From: Hyphochytrium catenoides
Taxonomy: Eukaryota > Protista > Hyphochytriomycota
NCBI GenBank assembly: GCA_900088475.1
Contig: FLMG01001193.1
Location: forward strand, 62,001-126,000
Reading direction: 5' to 3'
DNA: 64,000 nucleotides
A model generated the notes under the pieces. The model ran no database searches. It was not told the origin of the DNA and saw only the letters and a list, made by a program, of their open reading frames with translations. Shown here piece by piece: positions 62,783-64,000 of the stretch. The position numbers and the translations under genes were made by a program. Positions within the stretch are counted from its first letter, which is position 1; the number at the start of each line of letters is the position of its first letter.

Positions 62783-64000
62783 TCAGTAGTCGAGCTGCTT
62801 CAGAAGCTCATTTTTGTTCTTGGCAGTGTCAAGTGTCATTCTTTCTACGTTGGTTAGAACTTTCCGTCTCTTTTTCCTTTCGTCTTCAAGCTCCAGGAGA
62901 AGAGCTTCGAAACCTGTGTTTTTCCTCCTTACCGCTGCGGAAAAGGCTTCTAGTCCCAACGTGATGAGCTATAAGAGAAGTAGTTAGCTTCACCGTGTGC
63001 TGGGTGGCACTTCAAGCTCATCACTCAGAGGCTGTAAGGGACAAATTGAGCTATTGTGTCCCTCTTAATTGTGTTCGCCTAACACGTTCTCCCGCTGCTT
63101 TTTCCCAACTATCATTTGTCCCCCTCTCTCCAATCCACAAGACCTACTAAGCCACATGGGGATAGATATCTATACTCCCCTGCGTATCTAACTCACCATA
63201 TCCTGTCTGATCGGCTCTTGATGACTTGGGTAGGCACAGTATTTAGACACCAGTTCGGAGCTCATTCTTTGTTTTATGAGGACAAATGTGAAGCGCAGAG
63301 TTTCTAGGATGATCCGATACTGGTAGGAAGCCGATCGGGAGAAGCTACCGTCACCAGAGGCCAGAGTTCGAAGCTGCTTTGCATATGCAACGAACTTCAC
63401 AGCGGTTATAACAAAGATTTCATAAACGTTGGCCTAACGCATTTATCAGAAGAGACATCGAGTTAGATGAGCACCAATGGACATTGCGAAAAAAAGGACG
63501 AGAGGCTTGGGTGGGATATAACCAACCAAGGAGCAAGTAAAGAGAGAAACGATTGACTAGACGCCAAAGTGTCAGTCTGACCAATTCCCATACTCACCAT
63601 AATCGTAATTGGAGAGTTGATGCAGAGATCAAGGAGAAGAGCATGGCACTTGGGTTTCACAGCGGCCTTCAACTTCACTCGAAGCTGCTGCCATGGGGCA
63701 CGGCCCCAACTTACCGTCAGGCTATCACGTATACTGGTGGACAGATACCTTCCAGCGTGGGGGTGTACATCAGCGACAAGACCCACATAATAGTTGTTGT
63801 ATCTCATCACTCATTAAGCGCCCTGGCGCTCCTCTAGCATTCCACTCACCTTTGATAATCTGCAGAGATTTCAAGCGTGGCGGGATCAATGAGAAGGCCC
63901 ACCCATGGAATCTTCGCTTTCGTGCTATCTAAGTGAGGTTGAGGTTGTGAGTGCTTAGACATTAAAGCCGTAACGTACTAACTCCCTTGGCCAGCTCTTT
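62783..64000 (-). CDS. TERT: Telomerase reverse transcriptase, 3' portion (motif E plus C-terminal extension); continues beyond the window
   Basis: Spliced translation KIPWVGLLIDPATLEISADYQR|YLSTSIRDSLT...LRVKLKAAVKPKCHALLLDLCINSPITIM|ANVYEIFVITAVKFVAY...LITLGLEAFSAAVRRK...LKQLDY*. This matches TERT motif E (W.G..ID..TLE) and the CTE motifs (DY.RY, PKCH...D..INS, N.Y..F...A.KF..Y). Confidence 0.9.

Noticed and set aside
8736-63751. Several AAG 3' splice sites (8738, 10043, 22434, 49087, 56844, 63749) and weak donors (gtctgt, gtcatc, gtcaag)
   Set aside because: A handful among roughly a hundred introns is within the normal range. No non-GT-AG intron or repeated introner-like intron was found in those I traced.
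930-64000. Apparent clustering of RNA-metabolism genes (BUD23, DDX51, DDX6, DHX16, RPP38-like, RRM protein, TERT)
   Set aside because: They act in different pathways and are interspersed with unrelated housekeeping genes; no evidence of a functional cluster.

Overview
Eukaryotic, intron-rich and gene-dense DNA: about 20 protein-coding genes in 64 kb, short GT-AG introns, and two N-gaps (879-925, 55428-55486). Genes had to be rebuilt by hand across exons because the six-frame ORF track fragments them. The gene content (a spliced bactofilin, a START-like/FYVE-like fusion protein, an At4g00755-type F-box protein) suggests a stramenopile; that assignment is inference. In order: bactofilin (3' part), BUD23, mitochondrial EF-G2, N-myristoyltransferase, glycerol-3-phosphate dehydrogenase, F-box protein, (GA)n microsatellite, intronless stand-alone DHFR, DDX51/DBP6, DDX6, GrpE, CYC8/SSN6-like TPR protein, zinc-finger protein, VPS3/TGFBRAP1-like protein, intronless DHX16, ArfGAP (Glo3 type), a hidden micro-exon orphan gene, a START-rhodanese-DSP-FYVE phosphatase, a putative mitochondrial 2xRRM protein, an L7Ae/RPP38-like protein, a GOLD-domain coiled-coil protein and the 3' end of TERT. 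No rRNA, tRNA, CRISPR array or clear mobile element was seen. The best leads are the bactofilin with a C-terminal FFGKK tail, the four-domain phosphatase, the orphan gene at 45.5-47.1 kb, the TERT fragment and the two intronless genes. I found no multi-gene novel system that I can support. Coordinates are gene spans including introns; internal exon boundaries were read by eye.
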